Counted from the first letter of the stretch, positions 1-9,946 are shown. The stretch is 52,113 nucleotides of DNA from Candidatus Heimdallarchaeota archaeon (GCA_046761065.1 JBHIFL010000021.1:1-52113), one strand, 5' to 3'. Notes: generated from the sequence alone by a model not told the origin. Numbers and translations: made by a program.

Positions 1-2511
1 ATTAAATTGGGAATTCGGATAGAAGCTTGTTGCAGGAAATTCTCCATCACCACTTGTCGACACAGATCCCGTGAGGATATTTTGGCTATTGTCGCTATCG
101 TTGAATCGTACCCAAGCGGTAACTGTGTCACCCAGTGCTGCTGAAATCGGTGAATTCAAACTATGGAGTTCGGAGGGATGGTTGAGATCAAAGGGCTCGG
201 CAATATAGGCCACTTCTGTCCCACTGGTCCAGCTCATAAGGACAGTCCACTCACCCGCTGTCGTCTTCCCAGTTGGGAACGTGAAGGATGGAGTTGTCAC
301 AACGCCGCCCGCGTCGCCCGAAAGGCCCAAGTAATTGAGGAACGTGAGCTGGAACTGTTCATAGTCCATTCCAATCGTGAATGCTCCAGAGTGGGTACCA
401 TAAACCCTAAACCAGATCTCATGAGTTGTATCGTCAATGTATGCGCCAGGATTTGCCGTCATCCACGACCAAGCCTGATCTGTTGTGGGTGCATAGTTAT
501 CGTTTATCTTCTCCCATGTTCCACCCGTAAAATCACGGACATATAAATCTCCATCCGTTATGCTGGTATTATACGCTGCTTCTATCCATAGCTCGAGGTT
601 AGTTACATCCGTTTCCGCGATCCCATCAGCGTCAAGATCATAAGAAGTGTACAAGTCGATCACATTTCCAACACTCTCAATCACAAGATCAGTATCGTCA
701 GAGGTTTGTAAATCCGCTACTGTTCCGCTAATGGGGGTTCCTGTAGTTAAGGTGTAAGCTCCTGGGGGATGTGTTTCATAAAACGTTGTGCCAGCTGGTG
801 TGAACCATGTGACATTGACGGGATTGGGTGTCGAGGTTGAAATCGTGCCTCTTGCACGCGTAGTGTTTGTGGGGCGGAATGTTGTTGCTGGTGACCAAAC
901 ACCAGGAGGATCCTCGATTTGCGTCTGTAAGGATTGAGCATAATTCGGTGATGTTGCCTTAATGTGCCAATATCCGTCCGGAGCAGGTGATATTGAGGGG
1001 ACGGGTACCGTCAGCACGCCAGGGGTTGCTGTATCACATTGGGTGACATTGTTCAAAGTCGGATTCTGTGGTTCCGAGACCCATGTGATTGTCCAGTCTG
1101 TGGGGAATGTAACATTGAACTGCGTTTCTGTGTATCCTGTAGGAACCGAAACATAGACATAGAAATCCCAATCTACGGTCGTGTCTCCATCATTTACATC
1201 ATAGTTAGTCCCTTCCGAAGTTGCATCCAACTCATATAAAGTATCTGGACTATCTTTTCTAACATATAGATCAGCACTGTAATCGAACTCCACGTCATAA
1301 GATCCCGTTCCATACTGCGATGGTAAAGAGACGATCGCATCGAACACCATGTTTACAGGGCTTGTTGTCCAAGTACCTGTCTCGGTGATACTTCCTTGTC
1401 CCCAAGTGCCCCCATCAGTAATATTGGCTGTGTTCATACGTAGCCCAATATCTGACGGAAAGACCTCTGCAGTGAGAATTAGATTGAAATTGTCTACCCA
1501 GATCTGCTGGTATTCAATATCAGTGAATCCTTGTGAATAACTAGCACTGTCTGAAGTGTATTCAAACCTCAATTCGATATCGACAGTTCCATTAACTGGA
1601 TCAGTAAATACATTTGTCGAATTGTCCCATGCCCCGACTGGAACGTACCTGCTTTGCCACACATTGTATCCTGCATCTCTGAGCGTTTTTAATCCTCTTG
1701 CATAGACAATGACGCTGTTTATCCTAACTGAGAATGTCCATGAGTCAAACAGGGCGGCGTGGTCCACAAAGATGTCAAATGTTATTGCAGCATCCACGAC
1801 AGTTCCACGAGGGACGTTTGTTGTCTGAGTCCAGTAGCATCTGTCTCCGTTGTCATAACTGTAATAATTAGTCATATAATCATCATCGCCCTGGATATGT
1901 AGTTCTAGGGCATTGTCATGTGGATCCAGATAAGCTACGGTGTCGTTACCTTCATAATTCCCTGCGAATGCAACATTGCGAGGGCCAACATCAGTGTAGC
2001 CAAAACTCCATGATGTCACATTTACATCGTCATTTATATTGACATCACCGACGTCGTTAGGCCATTCGTAGCCGTCATGAGTCCCCGTATCACTGAAATC
2101 AGGATTTAAAACCCAATTGCGGATGTCGTGTAGGTTACTGATCGTGTTGTCAATCCTATAGCCCTCCCAACCTGACCCTAGGATTAATGGTTCGGTATCG
2201 GATGTTCCTTGAGTAAATTGACTTTGTCCAGTTGTTGTCGAGTCAGCTAATTGCACAACTTCTAGAGCAGTTCCTGTTCCTGAAAAAGTAGGTGGAGTCC
2301 ATGGACTCATCATTTTGCCTGGCATGAAGTTATGGTTAGATGTATCATATTGGTATCTTTGATTTTGCTCTTGAAGGGGATTTAACGTACCCTTCTGAGT
2401 TTGGAGATCGGAATCAAGAGCAGGATGAGATTGTGGGAAAATAGATATGTTTAACATAAAAATTAGGAGAAGTCCAACTGACCATATATGTGGAATTCGT
2501 ATTTTATACAT
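1..2511 (-). CDS. Large secreted/cell-surface protein, 5' part only (837 codons, continues past the left edge)
   Basis: Missing from the ORF track because no stop falls in the window. Hand translation from ATG at 2511 gives MYKIRIPHIWSVGLLLIFMLNISIFPQ (signal-peptide-like), then T/S/D/N/W-rich sequence (GSGWEGY, RNWVLNPDF, YWTQTTNVPRG). No in-frame stop down to base 1. Confidence 0.85.
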   Translation of the reverse strand, partial: MYKIRIPHIWSVGLLLIFMLNISIFPQSHPALDSDLQTQKGTLNPLQEQNQRYQYDTSNHNFMPGKMMSPWTPPTFSGTGTALEVVQLADSTTTGQSQFTQGTSDTEPLILGSGWEGYRIDNTISNLHDIRNWVLNPDFSDTGTHDGYEWPNDVGDVNINDDVNVTSWSFGYTDVGPRNVAFAGNYEGNDTVAYLDPHDNALELHIQGDDDYMTNYYSYDNGDRCYWTQTTNVPRGTVVDAAITFDIFVDHAALFDSWTFSVRINSVIVYARGLKTLRDAGYNVWQSRYVPVGAWDNSTNVFTDPVNGTVDIELRFEYTSDSASYSQGFTDIEYQQIWVDNFNLILTAEVFPSDIGLRMNTANITDGGTWGQGSITETGTWTTSPVNMVFDAIVSLPSQYGTGSYDVEFDYSADLYVRKDSPDTLYELDATSEGTNYDVNDGDTTVDWDFYVYVSVPTGYTETQFNVTFPTDWTITWVSEPQNPTLNNVTQCDTATPGVLTVPVPSISPAPDGYWHIKATSPNYAQSLQTQIEDPPGVWSPATTFRPTNTTRARGTISTSTPNPVNVTWFTPAGTTFYETHPPGAYTLTTGTPISGTVADLQTSDDTDLVIESVGNVIDLYTSYDLDADGIAETDVTNLELWIEAAYNTSITDGDLYVRDFTGGTWEKINDNYAPTTDQAWSWMTANPGAYIDDTTHEIWFRVYGTHSGAFTIGMDYEQFQLTFLNYLGLSGDAGGVVTTPSFTFPTGKTTAGEWTVLMSWTSGTEVAYIAEPFDLNHPSELHSLNSPISAALGDTVTAWVRFNDSDNSQNILTGSVSTSGDGEFPATSFYPNSQFN

Positions 2512-3194
2512 TTAGCATACCCCATAAAACATTTAGAGCGCAAATGATGCGACAACCAGGTTTAATCATTTCTACTATATTTGTCATACCTATCTCTTTT
2601 TTCCTTTTAAATATTGGCTTTCTTTCTATGGATGGATATTGGAAACTCGTTTCTGCTCGTTTCGCAAAATAATTTCGGCTTTAATGATGATATTTTACTT
2701 AGTAGAATGGCTGGAGAATGTTATAGATGTATTACCATAAATACCATTCTTGCCATTTATTGCATTAACACCATAAATAAGTCATTATCGAATTAATCGA
2801 TCTCTAGAATTATATAAATTCCAGATAGCCGCAAATATAGTAAGGAGATTTCTTTTAGAAAATCAAACCCCACGATTTGTTTAAACCCATGTGTTTTTAA
2901 AATCCAAGACCTACCTTTCATTGAATCCATTTGATTCTCTGGATGGACACCCACTGAGTCCCACGAACCCTATGCCCCTCTCGGGTCTTGAGGTATGAGC
3001 CAATGGATGCCGTGATCCAGACGTTCCTTTCCGAATTGGACGCGTTGTTTTCGAAGTGGCGGGAGCGAGAGTGGCCGCCCAAGGCGGATCATACAACCCG
3101 TCAAGAAGTAACCCAAGAAATTGACTAGCTATATGACCCATTTGTAAATACCTTAGACCACCAATTCAAAGATTATTCAAGAGATCATCTGTTC

Positions 3195-4730
3195 ATGAAT
3201 GAGGATTTTCTTCAGTTTATTCGTCGATATGCTACTCATCAGGAGTGGAAGCCCCGGGCCTTGATTTGTATATTTTTGGGGTACCTTTACACTTTTACCT
3301 GTTCGGGCATAACTGAAGGGAAGTATCTCGAGCTAGACCGGCTACTGTGGTCCCTGCACCGCGACCCCGAGTCACGTGTGGTGGAGTTGTTTTTAAACTA
3401 TAAGATCATTCTTTCAATGCGAAGGTGGAAGACAGGGATCGATCCCACGATCCCTATCTCCCTCTCGGATCTAGAGACCCTATTTCTTACCCTGAGTGAC
3501 AAAGGGTTCCCCCAACACCCGGGTCCGTTTCCGCTATCTGCAGCCGAAAATATCAGAGCTGCCATTAAAGAGGTTGTCGTAAAATTAAAAGTTGAAAAGC
3601 TCGACACCCTCCTCCCGTTTATTGACCACTACTTACCCCACCAAACCTGGGAGCTCCGGGTGTGTGCCATTATTTTCCTCGCCATCCTGCTGGATCGCCG
3701 CCACTGGGAAACCCCCGAGCGAGAAGGAGATATGCGTAGCAAAATGAAATTTGAGTGGTTAGGATATAGCCAATTCGAGGCCCAACCCTATTTAGATCAG
3801 GTGACCGCGCGGTTCTGGGGGGTGTTAGGCGCCCCCGACCCCTGCGTGCTCGAGTACTGGGCGCGCAGCCTCTACGAAATAAGAAGGGCCGATTGGAATA
3901 TTTGGTTGAACCCGGAATCCGGCACCTTTGCGTCCCTGCCCCTCAGCGCGGCCCAGCGCCAGGCCATTGACGTAACCATGTTGAGCCAGACCATCCCCCT
4001 CCTGAGCCCCGAGGCCCGCCCCGAATGTTTCTGGGCCACGACCTGCCTGGTCGCCGAACGGGTCCGCCGGGGAGAGGAGACGGAAATGACGCCCGTCCTC
4101 CTCCAGCTCCTCGCGATGGCCCTCCAGGAGGGGGGGCACGTCTGGAGAAAAGAGGGTAGGGGGTACTGTGATCAGGAGGAGGGGGAGCTGGTCGCTGAGT
4201 TAATTGAGCTGATAGGGCAGATCTCCCCTTCGCATATTACGCGGGACGTGGTCAAAGCGGCCATAGATCCTTCCATTCCTGCGAACCTTGATCAACACCT
4301 CATTCGCTTACGAGACCTCGAGTTACTCGTCTCCTTTTTAACTGATTATTATAGCGATTATGGAAGTGAGGACTACGATGATTATGTTGAGCATATCAGC
4401 AAAGATATCGATACTTTGTTTCAGCTGGCCCTTGAAGCGGAGTGGGACGAAGGCGCCCAGTTCTTGCTCGCGTACGTGATCGGCATCACCGCCAGGTATT
4501 ACCGCTGGGGGCCAAAGGGGATGTGGGCTGAGCAGACGCTCACCAAAACCACCACGAAGCTTCTCAAGCAGTACGTCCGGCGGAACTTACCGTGGGATCG
4601 CCCCCTGTTGGAAAGGTTGGCTGAATGGTACAAAGCTAGTCTCGATTTACGGTTCCTTGAAAATGAAGAAGGGGTGAAGTGGTTTAAGACGTCCCTTATT
4701 TCGGTGGGCCAGCTCATTGAACAGCAATGA
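3195..4730 (+). CDS. Alpha-helical hypothetical protein (middle segment of the interrupted HEAT-repeat gene)
   Basis: 511-aa Leu/Trp-rich ORF with internal similarity FLQFIRRYATHQEWKPRALICIFL / LLPFIDHYLPHQTWELRVCAIIFL. Confidence 0.6.
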   Translation: MNEDFLQFIRRYATHQEWKPRALICIFLGYLYTFTCSGITEGKYLELDRLLWSLHRDPESRVVELFLNYKIILSMRRWKTGIDPTIPISLSDLETLFLTLSDKGFPQHPGPFPLSAAENIRAAIKEVVVKLKVEKLDTLLPFIDHYLPHQTWELRVCAIIFLAILLDRRHWETPEREGDMRSKMKFEWLGYSQFEAQPYLDQVTARFWGVLGAPDPCVLEYWARSLYEIRRADWNIWLNPESGTFASLPLSAAQRQAIDVTMLSQTIPLLSPEARPECFWATTCLVAERVRRGEETEMTPVLLQLLAMALQEGGHVWRKEGRGYCDQEEGELVAELIELIGQISPSHITRDVVKAAIDPSIPANLDQHLIRLRDLELLVSFLTDYYSDYGSEDYDDYVEHISKDIDTLFQLALEAEWDEGAQFLLAYVIGITARYYRWGPKGMWAEQTLTKTTTKLLKQYVRRNLPWDRPLLERLAEWYKASLDLRFLENEEGVKWFKTSLISVGQLIEQQ

Positions 4731-4838
4731 AACACCACCCTCCTTGACTTCTGCCTTGCCATCAAGTTTCTACCCCTCTTACAGGGGGCGCTTGAGAGCG
4801 CCATCACTGCAAGTAATCAACCGTGGATCCGAAAAATC

Positions 4839-6029
4839 ATGGGGTCCCTCTTAGAGAGCTACATCCCCCTCAGGGAACACGACCTAGCCTCCGTAGTGCA
4901 TTTCGAATTTCTTTTTCTTAAAAAACCAAGCGAAGCAGTGAGAGAAATTTGGACAATCAAACGCCAAGACGATTTTATCCAAAGAAAGAGGTACCTCCAA
5001 GTGTTCGCTGACCTTCTCCTCCTCACGGCTCCTACTTATCCCACCCTTTGGGACACAACACTCCGCCGCCTGTACACCGCCCATGGGATCTGGGTGCTCC
5101 GCTGGCTGGTCGACCTCCTCCTTTATATCATCCATACTTCTGAGGATGAGTATTGGGACGTTAGCAGAGAGGAGACGCTTGGTACAAAGAATTGGGCTGC
5201 CGGCATAGAGGTGATTGGAACGGTATGGGCCCGGGCCTCCATCCCCTCCCAACCGACATCCCCTCTAGAGGCTAGCGATACTAGGTTGTTCATGATCCTG
5301 CAAGGCTGTGCTGCCGATCCCACCACCCATGCGTTGTTGATCCAGCACGCTACAGCACCCACCACTCCCCTTCTCCTCCGGAAATTGTTATTAGTTATAC
5401 AGATCCGCTTCGGTTCGAAGGCTGTAGATTCGTTGGTCCCACTCGAGAAGTGGGATCATTTGGATGAGGATTATGTGGATTATTATAAGCTTAATAAGGT
5501 AAAACCCTTACGAGAAGTGGCGGCTTGGGCATTAGGAGTCATCCGAGACACACGTGCCGTGCCCACTCTGTTGGACAGCCTGCGCGATGAATCCCCCAAA
5601 CTGCAGGCACGATGTGCCTGGGCCCTCGGCGAAATTCGCGATTCCTGTGCCGTTAAATCCCTACGAGAACTTCTTGAGGATCCCACAATCCCCGATCTAA
5701 TCGAAATAGAAGTATTAAGGGCGTTGGCAAAACTAAGAGCGGTTGAGCTTCTCATTCAAGCGTTGCAGAGTGCATATCCCAATGTACGAGCGGGAGTCGC
5801 ATGGGTTCTTGGGAGGATAGGAGATGCGCGAGCAATCGCACCCCTCATTCAGGCGTTGGGGGATAAAGAAGATAGTGTTCGAAAGGCCGCTGCTAGGGCG
5901 CTGGGAGAAATAGGAGATGCGCGAGCAATTGCCCCGCTTACTGAAGCGTTGCAGGATCCCATTCTTTGTGTTCAAAAAGCGGCGAAAAAGGCGCTAGCAA
6001 AGCTTCCTCGACCAGACTCAGAAAAGTGA
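4839..6029 (+). CDS. HEAT repeat domain-containing protein (C-terminal segment)
   Basis: About five to six PBS-lyase HEAT-like repeats (REVAAWALGVIRD, QARCAWALGEIRD, VRAGVAWVLGRIGD, VRKAAARALGEIGD). Confidence 0.85.
   Translation: MGSLLESYIPLREHDLASVVHFEFLFLKKPSEAVREIWTIKRQDDFIQRKRYLQVFADLLLLTAPTYPTLWDTTLRRLYTAHGIWVLRWLVDLLLYIIHTSEDEYWDVSREETLGTKNWAAGIEVIGTVWARASIPSQPTSPLEASDTRLFMILQGCAADPTTHALLIQHATAPTTPLLLRKLLLVIQIRFGSKAVDSLVPLEKWDHLDEDYVDYYKLNKVKPLREVAAWALGVIRDTRAVPTLLDSLRDESPKLQARCAWALGEIRDSCAVKSLRELLEDPTIPDLIEIEVLRALAKLRAVELLIQALQSAYPNVRAGVAWVLGRIGDARAIAPLIQALGDKEDSVRKAAARALGEIGDARAIAPLTEALQDPILCVQKAAKKALAKLPRPDSEK
5811..5960 (+). repeat. Two near-identical HEAT-coding DNA units, 93-bp period
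   Basis: ataggagatgcgcgagcaat occurs at 5817 and 5910. Confidence 0.75.
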
Positions 6030-6111
6030 TGGATATTGTATAATGACAACATACGCCCCATATTTCTTCTTTTTTTGAGGTCTACAAGTTTTAGTTATCT
6101 TATCAGGTTAA

Positions 6112-6432
6112 ATGGTAAGCTGCGTAGTGATCTGAGTATGTCTCCGCCATCTCCTTGCAGATCCTGAACCCGAGGTTCGCATCGAAGGGATTCGGGCTCT
6201 AGGAAAACTGGGAGATCCCCAAGCAGCGAAGCCGCTCTTAGACGTGTGGGAGCGTTTAAGGTCACAGACAAGAATGATAGGCGAGTATCTAACGGAAGTG
6301 CCGTGGCGAATGGACATCCCCATCACATGAGAGAAAACGGTCAAGGCGGTGCGAGAAGCCCTCCACCAGTTAGGGGTTAGTGTTCCCCCGTTGACCGCCA
6401 AGGAGGCTTTGGAAACACAAGGATTGAAATAA
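6112..6432 (+). pseudogene. HEAT-repeat gene remnant with two in-frame TGA
   Basis: Translates as MVSCVVI*VCLRHLLADPEPEVRIEGIRALGKLGDPQAAKPLL...IT*EKTVKAVREALHQLG...; TGA at 6133 and 6328. Confidence 0.65.
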
Positions 6433-6643
6433 AAGGGTGCACGCTATTTAAGGGATCAAATACAAGGGCAATGAACAATCCAGCGGATTTCACTACGCCA
6501 CCAGATCACATTGTAGCAATTTGACCGACTTTTGGTTGGAAAGGAAATAGAACCATACTTCAACTGCAAAATTCAGATAATGCTTGAGCCGGTAATTGCT
6601 AATCTAGTTTCTAGGGCACGGAACCGACCGCATAAGCCCCTCA

Positions 6644-7681
6644 TTACTGTTCCTTGAAGTAGGGGATGATCTGCTCACCATAGACCTTGTAGACATGCTG
6701 CACGTCCGGTCCCCGGTTCAGCACGACCAAGTGGGTCAACCCCGCTTTAATGAACCGGTCGATCTTCTCGAGAACCTCCTCTCCCGTTCCAATCACGGTC
6801 AAATCAGTAATTATCGTGTCCGTGATCTTCTCAGCGACGTTCTGGAGCTTCCCGACAAATTCGGAGGAGGGCGTTGCTTGGCTGATGTTGAGCTCTTCCT
6901 CTAGGTGTAGGCCGTACCCTTCCTCCAGTTTGTGGGTGTCCGCAGCAAAGACCATCCGCGTTAGCTCCACCCGTCTGAAGGCGCTTTTGAAATCGTCTGC
7001 GATGGCAGTGTAAGTCATAAGGGCGTAGTCGAGATCCGTCGACGATCGTCCCGCGCGCTGGGCACTTTGAGCAACTTCTGCGGCATGCTTTTTATACAGG
7101 GCAGGCGATTCGCCCATTGGGAACCAGCCGTCGCCTAGTTCCCCGGTGATTTGGCGTGTGCGAGGGCGATTCCCAGCTATATAGATAGGAATCTGCTCTC
7201 GAATTAAGGGGTCAATGAAGAGCCCTGCGTTCTTCAGGTGAAAGAACTCCCCCTTATAGGTGACGGATGGCTCTGCCCACAGCTGGCGCAGGATCGTGAT
7301 CGCCTCCACCATTCGGGCGACAGGGCGGTTCCATGGGATCCCGTAGGGGTCAAGGTTCATGGCTTCCCCAGGCCCGATTCCTAATACCATCCGTCCCTGG
7401 CTCATTTGATCCAGGGTTGCCAGAGTCTGGGCGAGCAACACTGGGTGGCGGCGGTGGGGATCCGTCACCCCCGTTCCGAGCATCACGGATTTAGTGGAGA
7501 GAGCTAGACCTCCGAGGATACTCCAGACCTCGGGGCAATAGCCGACCGGAAGCATCGCCAGGTGGTCTGCGAGCCAAATCGAGTCGAAACCCGCCTTTTC
7601 CGCGGCTTGAACCGATTGAAGGATGGTGGGGAGCTTAAAGGCGGGCGCCGGAATATAGTTCCCAAATTTAATGTCTGACAA
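6644..7681 (-). CDS. LLM-class (luciferase-like, probably F420-dependent) oxidoreductase
   Basis: AEKAGFDSIWLADH, LGTGVT, RHPVLLAQTLATLDQMSQGRMVLGIGPG and IPIYIAG motifs; TTG start after AGGTGA. Confidence 0.9.
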   Translation of the reverse strand: MSDIKFGNYIPAPAFKLPTILQSVQAAEKAGFDSIWLADHLAMLPVGYCPEVWSILGGLALSTKSVMLGTGVTDPHRRHPVLLAQTLATLDQMSQGRMVLGIGPGEAMNLDPYGIPWNRPVARMVEAITILRQLWAEPSVTYKGEFFHLKNAGLFIDPLIREQIPIYIAGNRPRTRQITGELGDGWFPMGESPALYKKHAAEVAQSAQRAGRSSTDLDYALMTYTAIADDFKSAFRRVELTRMVFAADTHKLEEGYGLHLEEELNISQATPSSEFVGKLQNVAEKITDTIITDLTVIGTGEEVLEKIDRFIKAGLTHLVVLNRGPDVQHVYKVYGEQIIPYFKEQ

Positions 7682-7974
7682 ATCCCATCACCTTGTGAAT
7701 GTTTCATCTGTTCTTTAGTGCTTTTGTTGGGAGGATGTTAAAAACCTATCTTCTAATTTAGATCAGCTCCAATTGAGATGAATAATATGACTGAAACGTT
7801 TAGTTGTTCAACTGACATTCATAGAATTGGAGCATATCCTTTCCTGGCCCTAGGAAGTACTAATAGCTTAAAAATGCTTAAGAAGCAAATTTGGCAATAC
7901 TCAATAGAATATCATCTTACCAAATAATAAAAGCCTTTTGAGGGAAGGGAGTAGGGAGTTGATATTCACCACAA

Positions 7975-8352
7975 TCAGGGTTTTAGCAAGAATGTTTCCA
8001 GTTTGTGCAGTAATAGGATCACCTCTTCGCTATATTCAGCAAAGGTTTCCTTATCCAGCCAAGTGTGATAATAATTGGCATGCAGCGCTTCTCCCTTCTT
8101 AAAACCTTCGAAGATTTCTCGGTCTTGAAATTCCTGAGCCAGGTGTTTAACAAATTCCTTCATTTTGCCGTGCGTATTCAAGATGTCCCCAGCGAGGAGG
8201 GCTTTTGCCTTCAATAATTTGACCAATGCTCCCCACAGGAACTCACCGGCTTTAGCCTGTTCTCCTGCCTTTAAAGATTTCTTAAAATTGTTGAAATACT
8301 CACCACTCTCATCCCGGCATGTTGCAATTTCATTCCATGCTTCTGAACTCAA
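7975..8352 (-). CDS. PaREP1/HEPN-fold protein
   Basis: KAGEFLWGA...H...LHANYYH pattern typical of PaREP1. Likely TTG start at 8352 after GGTGA; the track start is 8373. Confidence 0.75.
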   Translation of the reverse strand: MSSEAWNEIATCRDESGEYFNNFKKSLKAGEQAKAGEFLWGALVKLLKAKALLAGDILNTHGKMKEFVKHLAQEFQDREIFEGFKKGEALHANYYHTWLDKETFAEYSEEVILLLHKLETFLLKP

Positions 8353-8608
8353 GCACCTCACCCGAGGCCGCATCGATCGTTATCTTGAATAATTCGCGTA
8401 TTGCTGAGACTAACACGATCCATTTTGATCCTTCTTTTTTTGTTTCCCGAACAAAGTAAAAGTAATATCCAGCGGTATCCATCGTTTCTCTGGCAATCTT
8501 GTTGGCGTCATTGACGTCCTTCACTCCATTCCCACTTTGCCGGCTCATGAGAGAATTCTCTCCTTTTGTTGTTTTTGACTCATCCTTCCTTGTTTTGTCG
8601 TTGTCCAA
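8330..8608 (-). CDS. Small PepSY-like protein
   Basis: C-terminal WIVLV...FKITIDAASGEVL motif; overlaps the PaREP1 gene; the true start may be ATG 8548. Confidence 0.6.
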   Translation of the reverse strand: MDNDKTRKDESKTTKGENSLMSRQSGNGVKDVNDANKIARETMDTAGYYFYFVRETKKEGSKWIVLVSAIRELFKITIDAASGEVLEFRSME

Positions 8609-8834
8609 TAAAAGGTATTAATATTAGCATATTAACACCTCGTAGGACGGTTACCCGAAGAGGCAAACTCAATTGTTATATCATCCTATCATTTGAGCAA
8701 GGTCTTTGTTGGATAGCTCAACAATTCGGATTTTTGTTCCTCGCATGAGCAGCGGTCTATTCTGTGCATAAGGCAAGTAGATTAATGAAGTTTTACAGAA
8801 AGGGAAGTATCCGAGAGGCTATTGCTGCCAAACG

Positions 8835-9279
8835 CTAGTCTAGCTTTTCTTTCTCCGATTTCTGTTGTTCAATAAACTCTACAATATACTTTGCATACTG
8901 TTCCAGGTCCCCAACCACCGTTTGTAAGATGTCATATACAATGTCGAGGTCTAAATCTAGATACGCATGCATCAATATGTTTCTGAACCCTGCCATTTTG
9001 GCAATATTTGTGGCAAAAGAGGGTGGGGTGATTCCATGGTCTCTTATATTTATGAAAATGTCTTGGTACCACTCTGGTTTTCTTAAACCCAATCGGGAAA
9101 TCAGGTGAGTACCGATGTCAAGGGCGGCTTCAATACCAGCTGGAGGTATCTTTCAGCCAGACCATGATGTCTGTAATCATTGAAGGATGTTCTGTCCACA
9201 TTCTTGCGGATTTCTTTCATATCTGGCTGTATTCGCCTAATTTTAACAAGATTGTGCAAAGCACTTTAGTATCAATCAT
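8835..9279 (-). pseudogene. hepT: HepT-like (DUF86) RNase toxin, frameshifted
   Basis: ATG 9279 overlaps the MNT stop. MIDTKVL...EYSQI* ends at 9217, AERYLQL lies in a second frame, and IEAALDIGTHLISRLGLRKP...GFRNILMHAY (Rx4H) in a third. Confidence 0.8.
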
Positions 9280-9712
9280 CGTCCTTAGCCCCCCAACTTC
9301 TTATCGCTTCAAATAGGGCATTCTTATATTCGGAATAGATTTTTTCCAAATCAAGATACGTGTCAATTACCCTCGTCTCAAACTTAACACGTTCTTCTTC
9401 ATTCCGACAATAGATGACGACACCTTTGATTATGTTGTAGCTGAGTAGCGGTGGTGCGTGATTCAAAATCACGCGATCGACTTTGTCTGTCGACAAGATA
9501 GCAGAAATTTTATCTATTGATTCTAGTTGTCGCATGAAAAGTTCAGTTCGGCTAGTTAATCGATCAAAGAGGAGTCCAAAGTCGATGTCGCTCAAGTCCG
9601 AGGGTCTGGACAACTGAGAACCGAAAAGATATACGCAAATCAATTGATCGACTGATTTGAAAAGATGATCGAGGTCTTCTGCCCGTTCTTCAACCCTTTG
9701 GAGGAGGTTCAA
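9272..9712 (-). CDS. mntA: Minimal nucleotidyltransferase (MNT) antitoxin
   Basis: YLFGS...SDIDFG motif and VDRVILNHAPPLLSYNI; adjacent to the DUF86 gene. Confidence 0.88.
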   Translation of the reverse strand: MNLLQRVEERAEDLDHLFKSVDQLICVYLFGSQLSRPSDLSDIDFGLLFDRLTSRTELFMRQLESIDKISAILSTDKVDRVILNHAPPLLSYNIIKGVVIYCRNEEERVKFETRVIDTYLDLEKIYSEYKNALFEAIRSWGAKDDD

Positions 9713-9946
9713 CTCTTGTAGCCTCCGTCTCTAGCTGTCAATCACCCATTCTCTTTTTTAATGAGCTGTATATTGTATGGAAAAAGATCAATTCCTTTGG
9801 TTCAACCACATCCCAAGTTTAGCAGGAATGAGCTGTAAATTGCAATTTCACCTAAAACGGTTCATTCAGTGGAGACTAGTTAATAGTTAGGAGGTGTCCA
9901 TGCTGTCTTCAGCTCAGCTGGGAGTGGGACAATTGTCACTGGGGGC

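Larger units (their letters stand above)
3003..6029 (+). pseudogene. HEAT-repeat (PBS-lyase-like) protein; one 1009-codon frame with in-frame TAG (3126-3128) and TGA (4728-4730)
   Basis: ATG at 3003 preceded by GAGGT. ORFs 3003-3128, 3195-4730 and 4839-6029 share one frame, and the linkers (22 and 36 codons) have no further stops. C-terminal motifs AWALGEIRD and VRKAAARALGEIGDARAIAPL. Confidence 0.7.

Noticed and set aside
163-1540. Short ORFs 163-546, 747-941, 962-1156, 1039-1239 and 1349-1540
   Set aside because: Shadows of the long minus-strand surface-protein frame.
2911-3141. 76-aa minus-strand ORF
   Set aside because: Antisense to the likely true 5' end (ATG 3003 with ribosome-binding motif) of the HEAT gene.
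6108-6401. 97-aa minus-strand ORF
   Set aside because: Antisense to the HEAT remnant; no motif.
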